A stretch of 64,000 bases of DNA from Ramazzottius varieornatus. Taxonomy: Eukaryota > Animalia > Tardigrada. The translations under genes were made by a program, and so were the position numbers. The first letter of the stretch is position 1. The number at the start of each line of letters is the position of its first letter. The DNA lies in contig BDGG01000013.1 of NCBI GenBank assembly GCA_001949185.1, forward strand, positions 496,001 to 560,000, read 5' to 3'. Below the pieces are notes generated by a model, which was not told the origin of the DNA, did no database searches, and was given only the letters and a program-made list of their open reading frames with translations. This document shows positions 13,071 to 24,097 of this stretch, in pieces.

Positions 13071-13376
13071 ATGAAGCTTCTCGCTCTCCTTTTAGTGTGC
13101 TTGGCTGTCAGCAGCTGTTTGGTGGTAGTAGTCCAGGCTTGCCAGGGTCACGGTAAGTTTAGAATTTTAACACCGTACTATACAAGAGTACTGCTTGTAC
13201 TTCGCTGTTCGCCTCAAGTCAACCACTCCTAACTGATCATTTGTCCGTATGTTGCAGATCAGCCTTGTGAAGGCGCCAACGGGTCACAGGGGAACTGCTG
13301 CGGCGGCATGCACTGCCAGAAGAACGACCCGTCTTGGGCTCAGGGCCGATGCTACTACAACCCTGGACGGAAATGA
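13071..13376 (+). CDS. Small secreted inhibitor-cystine-knot (knottin) peptide, 2 exons (13071-13152, 13258-13376)
   Basis: MKLLALLLVCLAVSSCLVVVVQA signal peptide plus CQGHDQPCEGANGSQGNCCGGMHCQKNDPSWAQGRCYYNPGRK. Framework C-x6-C-x9-CC-x4-C-x11-C; GTAAG...TTGCAG phase-1 intron; C-terminal GRK. Absent from the ORF track. Confidence 0.88.
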
Positions 13377-14230
13377 TAAGTCTTTACGATGCTCTCAATA
13401 CTATTAAGCCACAGAAGTGGCGAAGTGGTAGCTCGTGCCTCTTTCAGAGTTTGACGCAGACTTTTGTACAAGCTATTGACTAGATAACAACATCACTTCT
13501 GTCCAATCTCGTGATGCAATAAATTTTCCTGTGTCATGTAGTGTTGATTCGCCGAAACGATTTTACATCTGCGCTAGTTCATACATACCACTCCCAAAAA
13601 CAGGTCAATTTTGCTGTTGTCTATCTTTCGGATCACCCTTACTCGCACGCGCTCCTAACCCTCTGAAAGATTGTCAAGGGCACAGGATTCCAGTAATTCA
13701 TGCTTCAGTGCATCGCCTACTCGATTTACAACTTGGAACGAAACACTCCCGCTATCTCATTCGACTTTTGACTTCCGACTAACTGTTAGCTTATTAGCTG
13801 TAGCAGGTCTTGTAGCAGGTCGTGTAGCAGGACTTCAGGTATGCGAGTCGAAATCGGGTGTTTGAACTGTCACGTCTCGGTGGTAGGACCGCAGCCGAAA
13901 ATATTGATAGTCCCGCAGGACTGCTCAGAATAGAGCTTCTAGTAGACTACTTCATTTTATGCGTCATCGGTAGCCGGATTATCGAATGCACAGTTGCTTG
14001 TCAGGGCCCCGGTTACAATGAAACTTGATCTAATTGGATCTGGTGGCCTGAGGCGGGACGAAGCGCGGAAGTACAGTTCGTCCCATTACTGTTTGTAGAT
14101 CCCAACTCCGTGGGCTCCTATTGGTCGCAAGCCGAGTGCTGTGGCGGGATGTATTGTCGCAAGACAGTGTCCGCGTGGGCCGAAGGCAGATGCTACTACG
14201 GAGCGCCGCACAGCGGACAAGGTTGCCATG

Positions 14231-14606
14231 AGCAAGTCAGCATGGATGTACCGGTAGCCAGCACGGACCTGCCATCCACTGTTATGAACAATCAATCATT
14301 GAGTAACGTGAAATACCGCTTTCGGTTCGATCAAACAACGCACCGTTCGTAAGTGCAACGTGGAACCTATCGTGGTATAGCCTGGCTGTTTTATAGTCAG
14401 TCGTAAAAGCAGGATTTATTTTTTGCGGTCAGACGTTGGCTGGGAAAAGCCCAGGCTAGATCGTTAAAGGATCCACATTACACTTAGAAGCGGTCCGTGG
14501 TTTGATCGAACCCGAAGCGATGTTTTACGTTGCTCAAGGACTGATTGTTGATCATCGTGGATGGCAGGTCCGTATTGGCTACCGGTACATCGATGCTGAT
14601 TTGGCT
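14231..14606. mobile_element. MITE with ~120-bp imperfect TIRs and 3-bp (ATG) target-site duplication
   Basis: Arms 14231-14355 and ~14481-14606 are inverted. ATG at 14228-14230 and 14607-14609. Removal restores the in-frame exon end (GCHGRTH|GT) as in the intact paralog. Confidence 0.85.
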
Positions 14607-14812
14607 ATGGAAGGACCCACGGTAACCAAGACAAACTAGGTGGTACCTATATGAATTTACACGTGTTGTCATTGACCAAGTGCCACTGAAGCTTACTTGA
14701 CCATACAGGTTCATAAGGTGGACTTTCCGAAGGACTTCTTAGCGCAGATCAGTTCAGGCGTACCATGGAAGCCTGTGAATCAAGCTCTCAGCCAGATCAG
14801 TATCCACGAGTA

Positions 14813-15253
14813 CGAGGGAAAAGTTGCAAAAGTTAGCCCGATCGTATAAAGCGTACGAGGTAAACGACATAATTCTGGCATTCTGATTTTCGCACCATAA
14901 TTCGGGCAACGCGAAAAGTTTGAACATTATTGTCAACGCTCGATTCATCTCTCATCGTACGCCTGTTGATACTACATTAGGCTTTTTGACATTGGACAGA
15001 CCCATCCCTCCCCCAGGCCAAATTCCCGTGCTCCACAACGCTTTGTCGTTCTCAAACCTATCGAAAACTCGACAAGAGGGCTCAGTCTACCTCAGGAGAC
15101 AAGAAGCAGTTCATTGCGCGCAGCAAGAGCTGAGAAAAAAATGCCCGAATCATGTCGTTTATCTCGTAGGTCTTTTGATAGCCTACTTCCATTACTGGGT
15201 GGCTAAATTTATAACTCTGGCACCACCCGGCTAACTTTATGACTCTTCCCTCG
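14813..15253. mobile_element. Non-autonomous Tc1/mariner-like element (TA TSD) with a nested MITE
   Basis: TA-CGAGGGAAAAGTTGCAAAAGTTAGCC ... GGCTAACTTTATGACTCTTCCCTCG-TA. Splits CCACGAGTA|CTGAAAGCC of the GH19 exon. Confidence 0.85.
14856..15166. mobile_element. Nested TA-flanked MITE, same family as 36877-37212
   Basis: TA-CGAGGTAAACGACATAATT ... AATCATGTCGTTTATCTCG-TA; internal sequence aligns by eye with 36877-37212. Confidence 0.8.
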
Positions 15254-16247
15254 TACTGAAAGCCATTCAGCTAGCCGGCGTGACCAGCAAGGACGAACTG
15301 GCCATGTTCTTGGCGAATGTCTACCATGAGAGGGCAACACTGCCATACGTGTCCGAACTCAATGCAGAGTCGGGTTACAGCACATAATCCGGTAGTCTCA
15401 CCTATGAAGTGGCGTGGGTATATTCAACTGTTTCATGAGTACAAATATCGCGATGCATCCATCAAGTCAACGGTCTTCCGTGAGCTTGGGGGATATAAAG
15501 TGGAACAATGATTTTCGGATGGACCCTGACCGGTGTAGTTGTTGTTCGGGCATGATGGTACTATGTATATCCATTTAGGTCGCCGACCGAAAGATCGTTC
15601 TCGTTGTTACCTTGGTGTAAAGCGACCTGACCTCACACTTACCGGCAGGTTTTTACACTGGTGCAGAGTGTTGTAAAGCGATGCTTTTGGGTTTCTCTCC
15701 AGCTTTCTTGGTTCGCCTAATATAAATTCAAGCTTCACCGTTACTGTACACCCTTCTCGACAGTGACGCATTATCGAAGTGAGAATTAATTATCACTATA
15801 GTCTGTTTTAAGTCAGTGGCAGTTGCACGGGGAATCACACGTGTTCAGCCAGCTCTAACTGCAACCAGCGTGATTACTATTTAGCCTTTTTCTATCTGAA
15901 TTAAGGTATCTGAGGCAGTGTTATTTTACTAAGCAATTAAAATTATTAAAAGTCACGTGCTAAGGTTAAGTCTACGTGATCAGCTGACTGTAAGTTAAAT
16001 CAATTATCGCTGACGAATTTCAGTTATCAAAATTAAAATTCGATTTCCTATCATGGATCAATCAATCAAGCAGACACCAACCCGCACAATTAAAACGATT
16101 TTAATTATTTAGATCGATTTCCTATTAAAATGATTAAAATAACACTGAATTCTGAGGCCGCACGTGATGTAAATCTAATATGGATGAGAAAACAAGAAAG
16201 CAGCAGAGAGAATGAACAAATTGTGGAAGGCGTCTCGTTTCCAAGCT

Positions 16248-16637
16248 TTAGCAGTCATGCAAGTACCAATCGACAGGTATAACACCGAGGTGCAAGGGGG
16301 CCAGTTTTTTGAAAGCTGCTGGAGAAAGGTCGATGTGCTTCGTCTGGCATCCGGGGCATTTGTCCACAATCCTGACCGTAACAGTGGCACCGCTTTTCCT
16401 AGACGTGACAGTCGCGCACTTTCGGCAGATGGGAGCGTCGTTGGGGTTGGGTAGTTTCCCGTATCTGTCGTAGGTGTCGGGACTGACCGCCGCAACCTTT
16501 TCGCTGTCCGAGTTGAGAAAGCCACAAGCACCGAGGCCGTCGCTCGGGTTGTAGTACGTTGCTTTACCACTTCCGTGTGCGCCTGTAAACACCATCGAGC
16601 TGGCCACGAAACACAGACAAACACGGAGGAAACTCAT
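16248..16637 (-). CDS. Secreted RlpA-like double-psi beta-barrel (expansin/loosenin/barwin-like) protein, intronless, 129 aa
   Basis: Signal peptide MSFLRVCLCFVASSMVFTGAHG, then GKATYY..GLGACG..VAAVS..CRKC..VTVRIVDKCPGC..HIDLSPAAF..LGVIPVDW. Confidence 0.88.
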   Translation of the reverse strand: MSFLRVCLCFVASSMVFTGAHGSGKATYYNPSDGLGACGFLNSDSEKVAAVSPDTYDRYGKLPNPNDAPICRKCATVTSRKSGATVTVRIVDKCPGCQTKHIDLSPAAFKKLAPLHLGVIPVDWYLHDC

Positions 16638-17239
16638 CTTCGTAAAAACCTCAGACTCTCGCAAGGTTCCTATGAGAAAAATGCCGAGCTGTCTGACAGT
16701 GAATGAATGTGTGAAATTTGCTGTTTTTATTCTTCCAATGTTAGTCATATATCGCTTATTGCGTCACAAGCTACTTTATCGATTGATCTCCATGCACTGC
16801 CAGGGCTGTGAGGTTAAACCACGCGCACTACTTGACGCTAGATGTTAAGGAGCGTCTCAACGTGGATAGGGTTCACTAAGAGAAAACGATTCTGATTAAA
16901 TCTTGAATTTCTGGAGGACTGACTCAATCTAGTTCTGAACGCATGAATTTCGCTGGAACTCTGACCGCGTGCATCGATTCCAGGGCTTTTTTACGACACT
17001 TCCAGTCAACAAGTCGCCTCGACTTCGATCGTCTTTTTCGCAGAACACTCCAGTACTAAGAATTGCTTTCCCTAAACACGGCGTGGTTATGTATGATTGA
17101 AACTCAGTTAGCCGCTTGGGCTACTTAAAGGGCACTGCGGTGACAGCACACTACGAAATGCCACAAATCAAACTCTTGTTCTTTCCTTTGAAGGTTATTA
17201 ACAGCAACTCTCACAACTTATCCCTTCTGTCTATCACAA

Positions 17240-18272
17240 ATGAGGCGCTTGGTTGAATCCTTTTTCGTGTTAGCCATCGCCATTCTGATGTTGAAAGACA
17301 CCACAGCTTGTCAGGGTCACGGTAAGTACCATTTCGACCTATGAGTCTTCTTTACTAGACTGAGGACCTCGTGCTGATATAGGTATTATTCGAAACGTTG
17401 CCGGTTTTACAGATCACAACTGCGTGGGCTCGCACGAATCGCAAGCCAACTGCTGTGACGGCCTATATTGCCACAAACCGGTATCCACATGGGCTGAAGG
17501 CAAATGTTACTACGGAATGCCGCACAGCGGGCAGGGTGGCCATCAGAAAACGCACGGTAAATAAGACAAACTGGCTGGTACTCATACGTATGTAACTACG
17601 CGTGTCGTCATTGACCAAATTTTACTAAACTTTACCGGATTATACAGGTTCAGAAGGTGGACTTTCCGGAGGACTTCTTAGCGCGGATCAGTTCAGACGT
17701 ACCATGGAAGCCTGTGAATCAAGCTCGCAGCCGGATCAATATCCACGAGTACTGAAAGCCATTCAGCTAGCCGGTATCACCAGCAAGGAAGAATTGGCCA
17801 TGTTTCTGGCAAATATCTACCATGAGAGCGCGACGTTACGCTACGTGTCTGAACTGAATCCGGAGGCCGGATACTCCGGAGGCGTTGCCTACAAAGGTCG
17901 AGGGTATATTCAACTGACTCATGACTACAATTATCGCGATGCATCCATTGGAATGTATGGCGACGACAGACTGGTCAAGAATCCTGAACTTGTAGAGAAA
18001 GATCTGGATGTCGCGTGGGCAGTCACGGCTTGGTTCTGGAAAGCTAGGGTAAGTCGTCAAGATCTCATCTCATGTTACATTTCTTATGCTGATTGTTACT
18101 GATTGTACTGATTGTTACATTTCTTGTTCTCCAGGTCAAACCCACACTCAATCTGGCGGACTTCGACTCGTCTGTTAAAGCCATCAACAGTAGGGAGCTG
18201 TACGGGTATAGCGAGCAGCTAGCGCGCCGTAAGCGATACCATAGCGCTATCAAGAATATCCTCGTGAGTTGA
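17240..18272 (+). CDS. Secreted ICK-domain + GH19 chitinase/lysozyme-like fusion, 4 exons (17240-17321, 17413-17556, 17648-18048, 18135-18272)
   Basis: Signal peptide, then CQGHDHNCVGSHESQANCCDGLYCHKPVSTWAEGKCYY, then a Gly-rich linker, then ELAMFLANIYHES..VSE..YKGRGYIQLTHDYNY..NPELV..AWFWK..SVKAIN. Canonical splice sites and a continuous frame. Confidence 0.9.
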
Positions 18273-18502
18273 GTAACTACTCACCAGCTTACCACTGCGC
18301 CTGCTGATATCACTTCAGCACACCCCAAAATAGTATTCGATCGAGTGTTTCACCAGCTCCTTGCCTTAATTTCTCCCCTTCTCCCGGGAAGATTTCAGCT
18401 TTGTTATAACCTCTCATTGGATCGATTGTCGACATTTTAATGACTTTCAGATTTCAAGCAGCCCTAATAAATGTAACTGATATCGAAAGTTAATCTTGCC
18501 CA

Positions 18503-19487
18503 CTATTCATCTTCCCAAATAACACATTCTTCCTCATCGGCTTTTGCAGGTGCCATCATATCAATGACTTTTAAACTGGGTACCGCCTCTTGGGTAACTG
18601 GCACCACCAACAAGGGGACGACTTTTTCCATATTAATGGCTCTCTGCGGGTGCGAATTCATCTGCACAACTCCAATCTTCATTTTGGACTCGGCTTCCTG
18701 CGCATTCGATTCCTCGATGGCCGGTGCGGTATCTTCCATGCTGGCCAGCTTCAGCCTGGGCACTTCCTGCTTGGAGAGATGTATGGTCGGTCTGGGCACT
18801 GTCCGCTGAGGTGTGGTGGTCAATTCCTTCTCGTTTCTCGTTGTCGAATCAGGTTGTCTGTAGTAGAAGACGGTTGCTGACGCCGTCTTCTTCGTCCGTA
18901 TGTGGGTCGACTTCTTTGCTATTACTGTCGTCGTTGTGGTAGATGGCGTGGTTGTCTCGTCGACCGGCCCTGCCTCCTCGGCAGCGTCTTCAGGCTCGTC
19001 GGAGCCTTCATCCGCTACTGGTTCTTCGGTCGTGGTGGTGCTGGTAGTCGCGCTGGGAGTAGCGGTGGCGTCATCGTAAAACTCGGTCAGACCGTCGATG
19101 ACGGAACAACGAACCTTACGCTTGTAATTGCAGGCTTTGATATAGACATCGTATACCATGTTACCGGGACAAACCTTTTCCGTATACATGCCATCTTTGC
19201 ACTGGAAAGACAAAGGGTAAACTTTTACCTCAGTACAGAATCGATCTGCTGGGAAATGTTACCTGCAGGTAGGAATTGCAGGACATGGGATGACGAAACT
19301 CTCCGTCGCCAATCTGACATATTTCTCGTAACAGCAGTTCCGACTCTTTCAGCTGACGTCGGTACCGTTGGTGAGCGGAGAGATTTTGATCGCCTTCTTG
19401 AAATGGCAATGGCGACGATATGACAGATCCAAGAGACACCAATAGCGACAACAGACGGAGAGAGCACTGCACAGTCGAGACTTCCAT
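18503..19487 (-). CDS. Secreted chitin-binding type-2 (CBM14/peritrophin-A) protein with Thr-rich mucin tail, 2 exons (19263-19487, 18503-19201)
   Basis: Signal peptide, RYRR furin-like site, CQIGDGEFRHPMSCNSYLQCKDGMYTEKVCPGNMVYDVYIKACNYKRKVRC six-Cys domain, and TTSTTTTEEP-type tracts. Confidence 0.85.
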
Positions 19488-20037
19488 CTTCAATCAACCG
19501 ATAAAGCCTCGCTGGACGGGGAACTGTCTTGGTTGAATAGAACGGCGACGATCAGTGTCGAAGATGTCACTACGTCTCATCAGTACATGTAAACAAATTT
19601 CTTCTCGATCACAGTGTCTGCGAACGAGGTCGAGCCGACAGTAGAGTAGGCTACTTCGTCTAACGAAGAACGGCTTGTGCAAAATGAGCGTACTTTTCTC
19701 TGAATGATGACTGACCAGTGCGTGAATAAAAGCATCTTCAGCCATCATAATCTGTCCCACCGTCCTACTTCCGACAAGACAACTAGCCGTATGGCTCTTA
19801 TTTCGATGATGACTTCGAGATCGAGCAGAATGAATCACCAGCTGCTCTTCGGTGCGTCAAAAGAGCGGCTGTGCATAGCAAGTCACTCGTCTGAAAACAG
19901 ATCTCACCTTCAACTTGAGAACGGTTTTGAGTTTACTTTCATCTTCGACTGCTGTTTGAAAATTTACGGGGCAGTGCAAATTTCATACAGTCAGCCTAGT
20001 CAGAAAGTGTGACTGCCTAACAAATGTAATAGAAAAA

Positions 20038-22285
20038 TTAGCTGCAGGGATCGTTTACGGTGAACGGTATCTGCGTCAGTTCGCCGATCAAATCTTTTCT
20101 GGCGCAGTCAACTGGCGCATACATCTGTCGAATCGTCGCGCTGTGCGACATGATCCCTCCGAAGGCGTGTACTTCTCCGGCTTGTTTTGCGGTAATCAAG
20201 TTGCGGTTCTTGTCCAAGAACTTTCTCAGCCACTTGTACTGGCAATCACAATGCAACAACCACAGATAGTCTCTTTGCTCTACCGTCATCGTCCCGTCCA
20301 AAGGGATCCCACCGTCGAATGCCACCTGTTGCAGCAGGGGTAAACTTTCGTAAGCTCCTTGCTCAATCCTAGCCACGGTGGAATTATACAGCACCAGCAT
20401 GGTTAATCGTGGGAAGAACAGAAAGTCATCCTGGCCGATAACCACATTCCGGCAATTGCTCAATCCAATATGCGTGATTGCTGGTAGGTTTAATGATCGT
20501 AGCATGGACATAGCGAGGCCGTCAAAATCAGCGATGATTAGGATAATAATCACGTCAGCCGCTGGCGCGAAATCGTCGTTGGAAAAGGTCCTGCGGCCTT
20601 TGATGGTAAATTCCATACCGCGACTGGCGTTGAGTCGTCCGATGTTTGTCAGAAACTGGCCAACTTCCAGGTTGTCCGCTGCTGCTTCGCATTGCGTGAT
20701 CAGACCAAAGCCTCTCTTGCAGTTTTTGGAGCCCGGCATGACCCGGCAGTTTGCTGTGTTAACGGACGAGCATTGCCGCCGATCGATGTCCCTTATTTGG
20801 AACTGGGCATGCTTGAGCAGCTGTTTCCTGTCGACCTACGCACCCAACCGAAAACTGGCGCTTTGTCCTTGCCACAGTATTTTAGCCTTCACTCATCAGC
20901 TTGTCGACTTGTAGGCTTACCTGGCTCGTGCTGGCAGGTGTGGCCGGTTGATCCGGTGGATCAGGCGTGATATCAAGTAACTTCGGGTTGGACGGATCGG
21001 CAGTACTGCTTTCCAGCTGGTGACAACCGTAAGCAGTTTGGATCTTGGCGATATCCAAAGAGCTCAAGCCGTCCAGCTGGCCCATGCGGCTGTTTGTCTT
21101 CTTCGGTAGAATCGTCGGGCCTGACTGGTTCATTGCGAAGACGGTGAAGGGATAATGCGTTAAAGACTCGACATCGTACGGTCCGGCTGATGGCCCGTAG
21201 TCGACGTAGGCGTTGAAGTAGTTGATGGCGTCTGGGAGGACGTTGTCCCGATTGATCGTGACAAAGGTGTTGCGGACGACTCGAGCGTTCTCGTGGAAGA
21301 GGCCTAGTGCGTGAAGAACGAGGTGCTGGATGGCACCGGGCTCTTGGAGGCAGTCTTGAGTAACGGAGATCAACTGTTTACCGCCTTGTCGACCCACGTT
21401 TGAAAAACATCTGGAATTTGAATGGAGAGTTTTGTCATCCTCGGTCTTATGAATTCTACAGTCTGTGTTGATGGTGTACGTACGCAAAGCCCTTGATAAA
21501 GTTAATGAAATCGACTTCGGTTTTCCTAGGGACGAACTGAATGCAGGATCCTCCGAGAGCCTGCTGGATTTGTTGAAGAGCATTTTCTATGAAACGTCGG
21601 TCCGAGTTTCCTACAAAAGACACAACTAAATGGAATGCCAATAATTTGGGCTAACTTTAAATTTCAGTGCTAATAATGATGATAATACTTCGTACGCAGT
21701 TTGCTCGTGGTTCCGTTGATCGTGTACGGTATTATCCCGTTCGACCAGCGAGAAGATGAGTCGGGTGTGAAGATCGTGGTTACTGTTTTCGCTCGTAGCT
21801 GCAACATTAACAAATAAAAGGAACTCGAACCGTTTCTTCATTAGTTTACGCAAGCTACCACAATATGCGGTGAAGATGGGATATTTGCTTAGGTGAGAGT
21901 GCTCAGAAGACCGCAGTCCTTACCACTGATGGGGGCTCGTCAGTCTCGAAACCCATGAGGTCGCCTTCGAAAACATCTGGGTCAAATCGGTCGCGTGGGT
22001 CTCTTCCGACCGTGGCTGAGACGACATCCGCAGAGATCAGCGAATACCAATCTGAAATTCACATTATAGTATTATGATCCGTCTTTGAATTCAAAATATC
22101 AGAAGGCTCGCTGGTTATTAAAGGACAAGACCGAATTCGACAGACCTACGAAACTCGAAAGTCCGAGAATAGTTGATTGGACAGAATTTGATCGACTTAC
22201 TGTCAGGAATAGCTCTCCCACTGACGGGATATCCACGGAAAACGGACAATAAGATGGCGGATAAAAGCGCTAGAAACGGATCCAT
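20038..22285 (-). CDS. Astacin-family (M12A) metalloprotease-like protein, probably inactive, fused to a C-terminal LRR-like domain
   Basis: Signal peptide, FEGDL prodomain, CIQFVPR, CFSNVGRQGG, QHLVLHALGLFHENAR, YDVESLTHY, MGQLDGLSSLDIAKI. In-frame splice into an exon with LRR/LRRCT-like WLLHCDCQYKWL. Confidence 0.8.
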
Positions 22286-24097
22286 TTGACCGGCAAGGGT
22301 TCACCGGAAGTGGAGCGCTATTATTCCTCAAAAGAAAACGTATGTGGCATCAAAGATCGCAAATTAGTAAGTTGTCCACGTCTCGCAGTTTCTCCTATAA
22401 ATTCAATATTGACAATAAGTACCCCACGTGAAGCGCAGCATAAGTCATGTTTTCGTCATGATCACGCTGGGCGGACCTTCCGGGGAATGCAGTTGTGACG
22501 TGCTATCATGAAGCAGAAGGTCTCCGGCGCTGTGGCTGATACTCTGCGCATAAGCTCAAAATCGTAGTCAGCGGCTGTTTCTTTACACCACCTATAACCG
22601 ACTTAGATATGAACTACTTCGGCAAAATTTTGATGTCCAATCCAGGCTACCTATACCTTCACGCCGCTTGAAAGTTCGAATCATTCTTGCTGATTTATGC
22701 TTCTAGTCCGTGCGTGTCGTTTGGGAAACTCGTTCCGATGAAGTCATTGACTTGTCTTTCAAATTTCTACAGGTTTTGTGGTCTTCTTGGCAATCAGATC
22801 CGGGAGAGAAAGGCTTACAAGCACAATGTTCGTAGTTGGGCAAACTTCGTCGAAGCAAATCGCGAAAATACGAAATCACAGATAACAGAAGTGACAAGCT
22901 GGTTACCAAGTTTACAATCGCTGAATATCACACGTGAAGCTGGTAACCAGAAACATCACGTTTCTCTTTGGATGGAGCAGTCTTGAGGGGATGTTCCACT
23001 TCCACCGGAATCTCCGGTCCAAATTGTTTTGATTGTTCCTCTGTCTCCACAATACCTGCGGTGACAACAACTGCTAATCCTTCATAAACGACAAGTATAG
23101 AAAATCTCCAGTGAACTGACCATCGACCAGTTTGCACTTGATTTTCCTGCGGAAATCGCAGTTCCTGGTTTTGATGTTAAAATACATATTTCCTGGACAG
23201 TCGATCTCCGAGTAGGATCCATTAAAACACTGAAAGACGATGGGGTGGAAATTAGCCTGAAAACGACATCAATCGATAATAGTGTATTGCTCCATTCTTA
23301 CCTGAACATAAGACCCACAAGCATACGGATGCCCTACAGAACGTAAGAAACAAACCGGTTATGTTAGAGCGCGAAAATTTCGAGTGCACGGCGTAACACA
23401 GCCGTTAAGATGCCCAGGACGGAGCGAAGCTCTTACCGAAAGACCCGTCGCCATTGTCGCAGATCTGGAAACACATCGAGACTGAAGCAAGCGCTCAAAA
23501 GAGGAGAAAGGAGTCACCAGAAGAATTAACGTACTCTACGTAGGAAGGGATCCATTTGACTTCCTTGTCGCTTGACCCGATTATGGCTCGAAGTATGGTA
23601 GGCAGGAAGCGCCACGGCTACAGCTGTTCAAAATCGGAGCAGTTAGTCCCCACTATCATGAAGTTACCGTCGGGGTGTAAGGAGAGCGCAGCAACGTACC
23701 CGCAAAGGTCAGGATCAAGATATCCCACGCCAATCGCTGTTCCATATTTCGGTGAATAGAAAAAAGGGTTTCCAGCACGCCAATACACCACGAAGTCAGC
23801 TTTGTCCCTCAAGCTCACCCCGAAATCTCTGGCGAGACCTAATCAGTGTAGTCTCACAAGCGCAAAGCAAGATGTCCAAAGCTGAGCATTGTCGATGATT
23901 GTTCTAACAAGCGAAGTAAAACGCGGAAGCAGGTCAATAGAAGAAAGTTCTTGGTCGGTTAAATAATCGCTGGCGGCGATATATCAGTCAAGTTTATTGG
24001 TTAATTTTCGTTTGCGAACTACTTGTGAGTTCGGAATAACTTCCCTATCGACCTAGCCGAACTCCGTGTTTCCCGAAAGATCGCTTCAGTCTGCTTG

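Larger units (their letters stand above)
13672..15465 (+). pseudogene. Disrupted paralog of the ICK-GH19 chitinase gene
   Basis: Possible CQGH remnant at 13672. ICK exon from 14099 with Cys2>Ser. Next exon has GAA>TAA near 14714. GH19 remnants ELAMFLANVYHE and RGYIQLFHEYKYRDAS with stops and frameshift; three TE insertions. Confidence 0.85.

Noticed and set aside
16638-16748. Upstream extension of the 166-aa DPBB ORF
   Set aside because: The internal ATG at 16637 gives a proper N-terminal signal peptide, so the extension is likely 5' UTR.
16248-18272. Bacterial or fungal contamination as the explanation for GH19 and DPBB
   Set aside because: The GH19 gene has host-style introns, a local pseudogene carrying host MITEs, and animal genes on both sides.
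22900-23830. Possible small spliced gene on the - strand
   Set aside because: Exon-like pieces exist, but I could not build a consistent frame or recognise a family.
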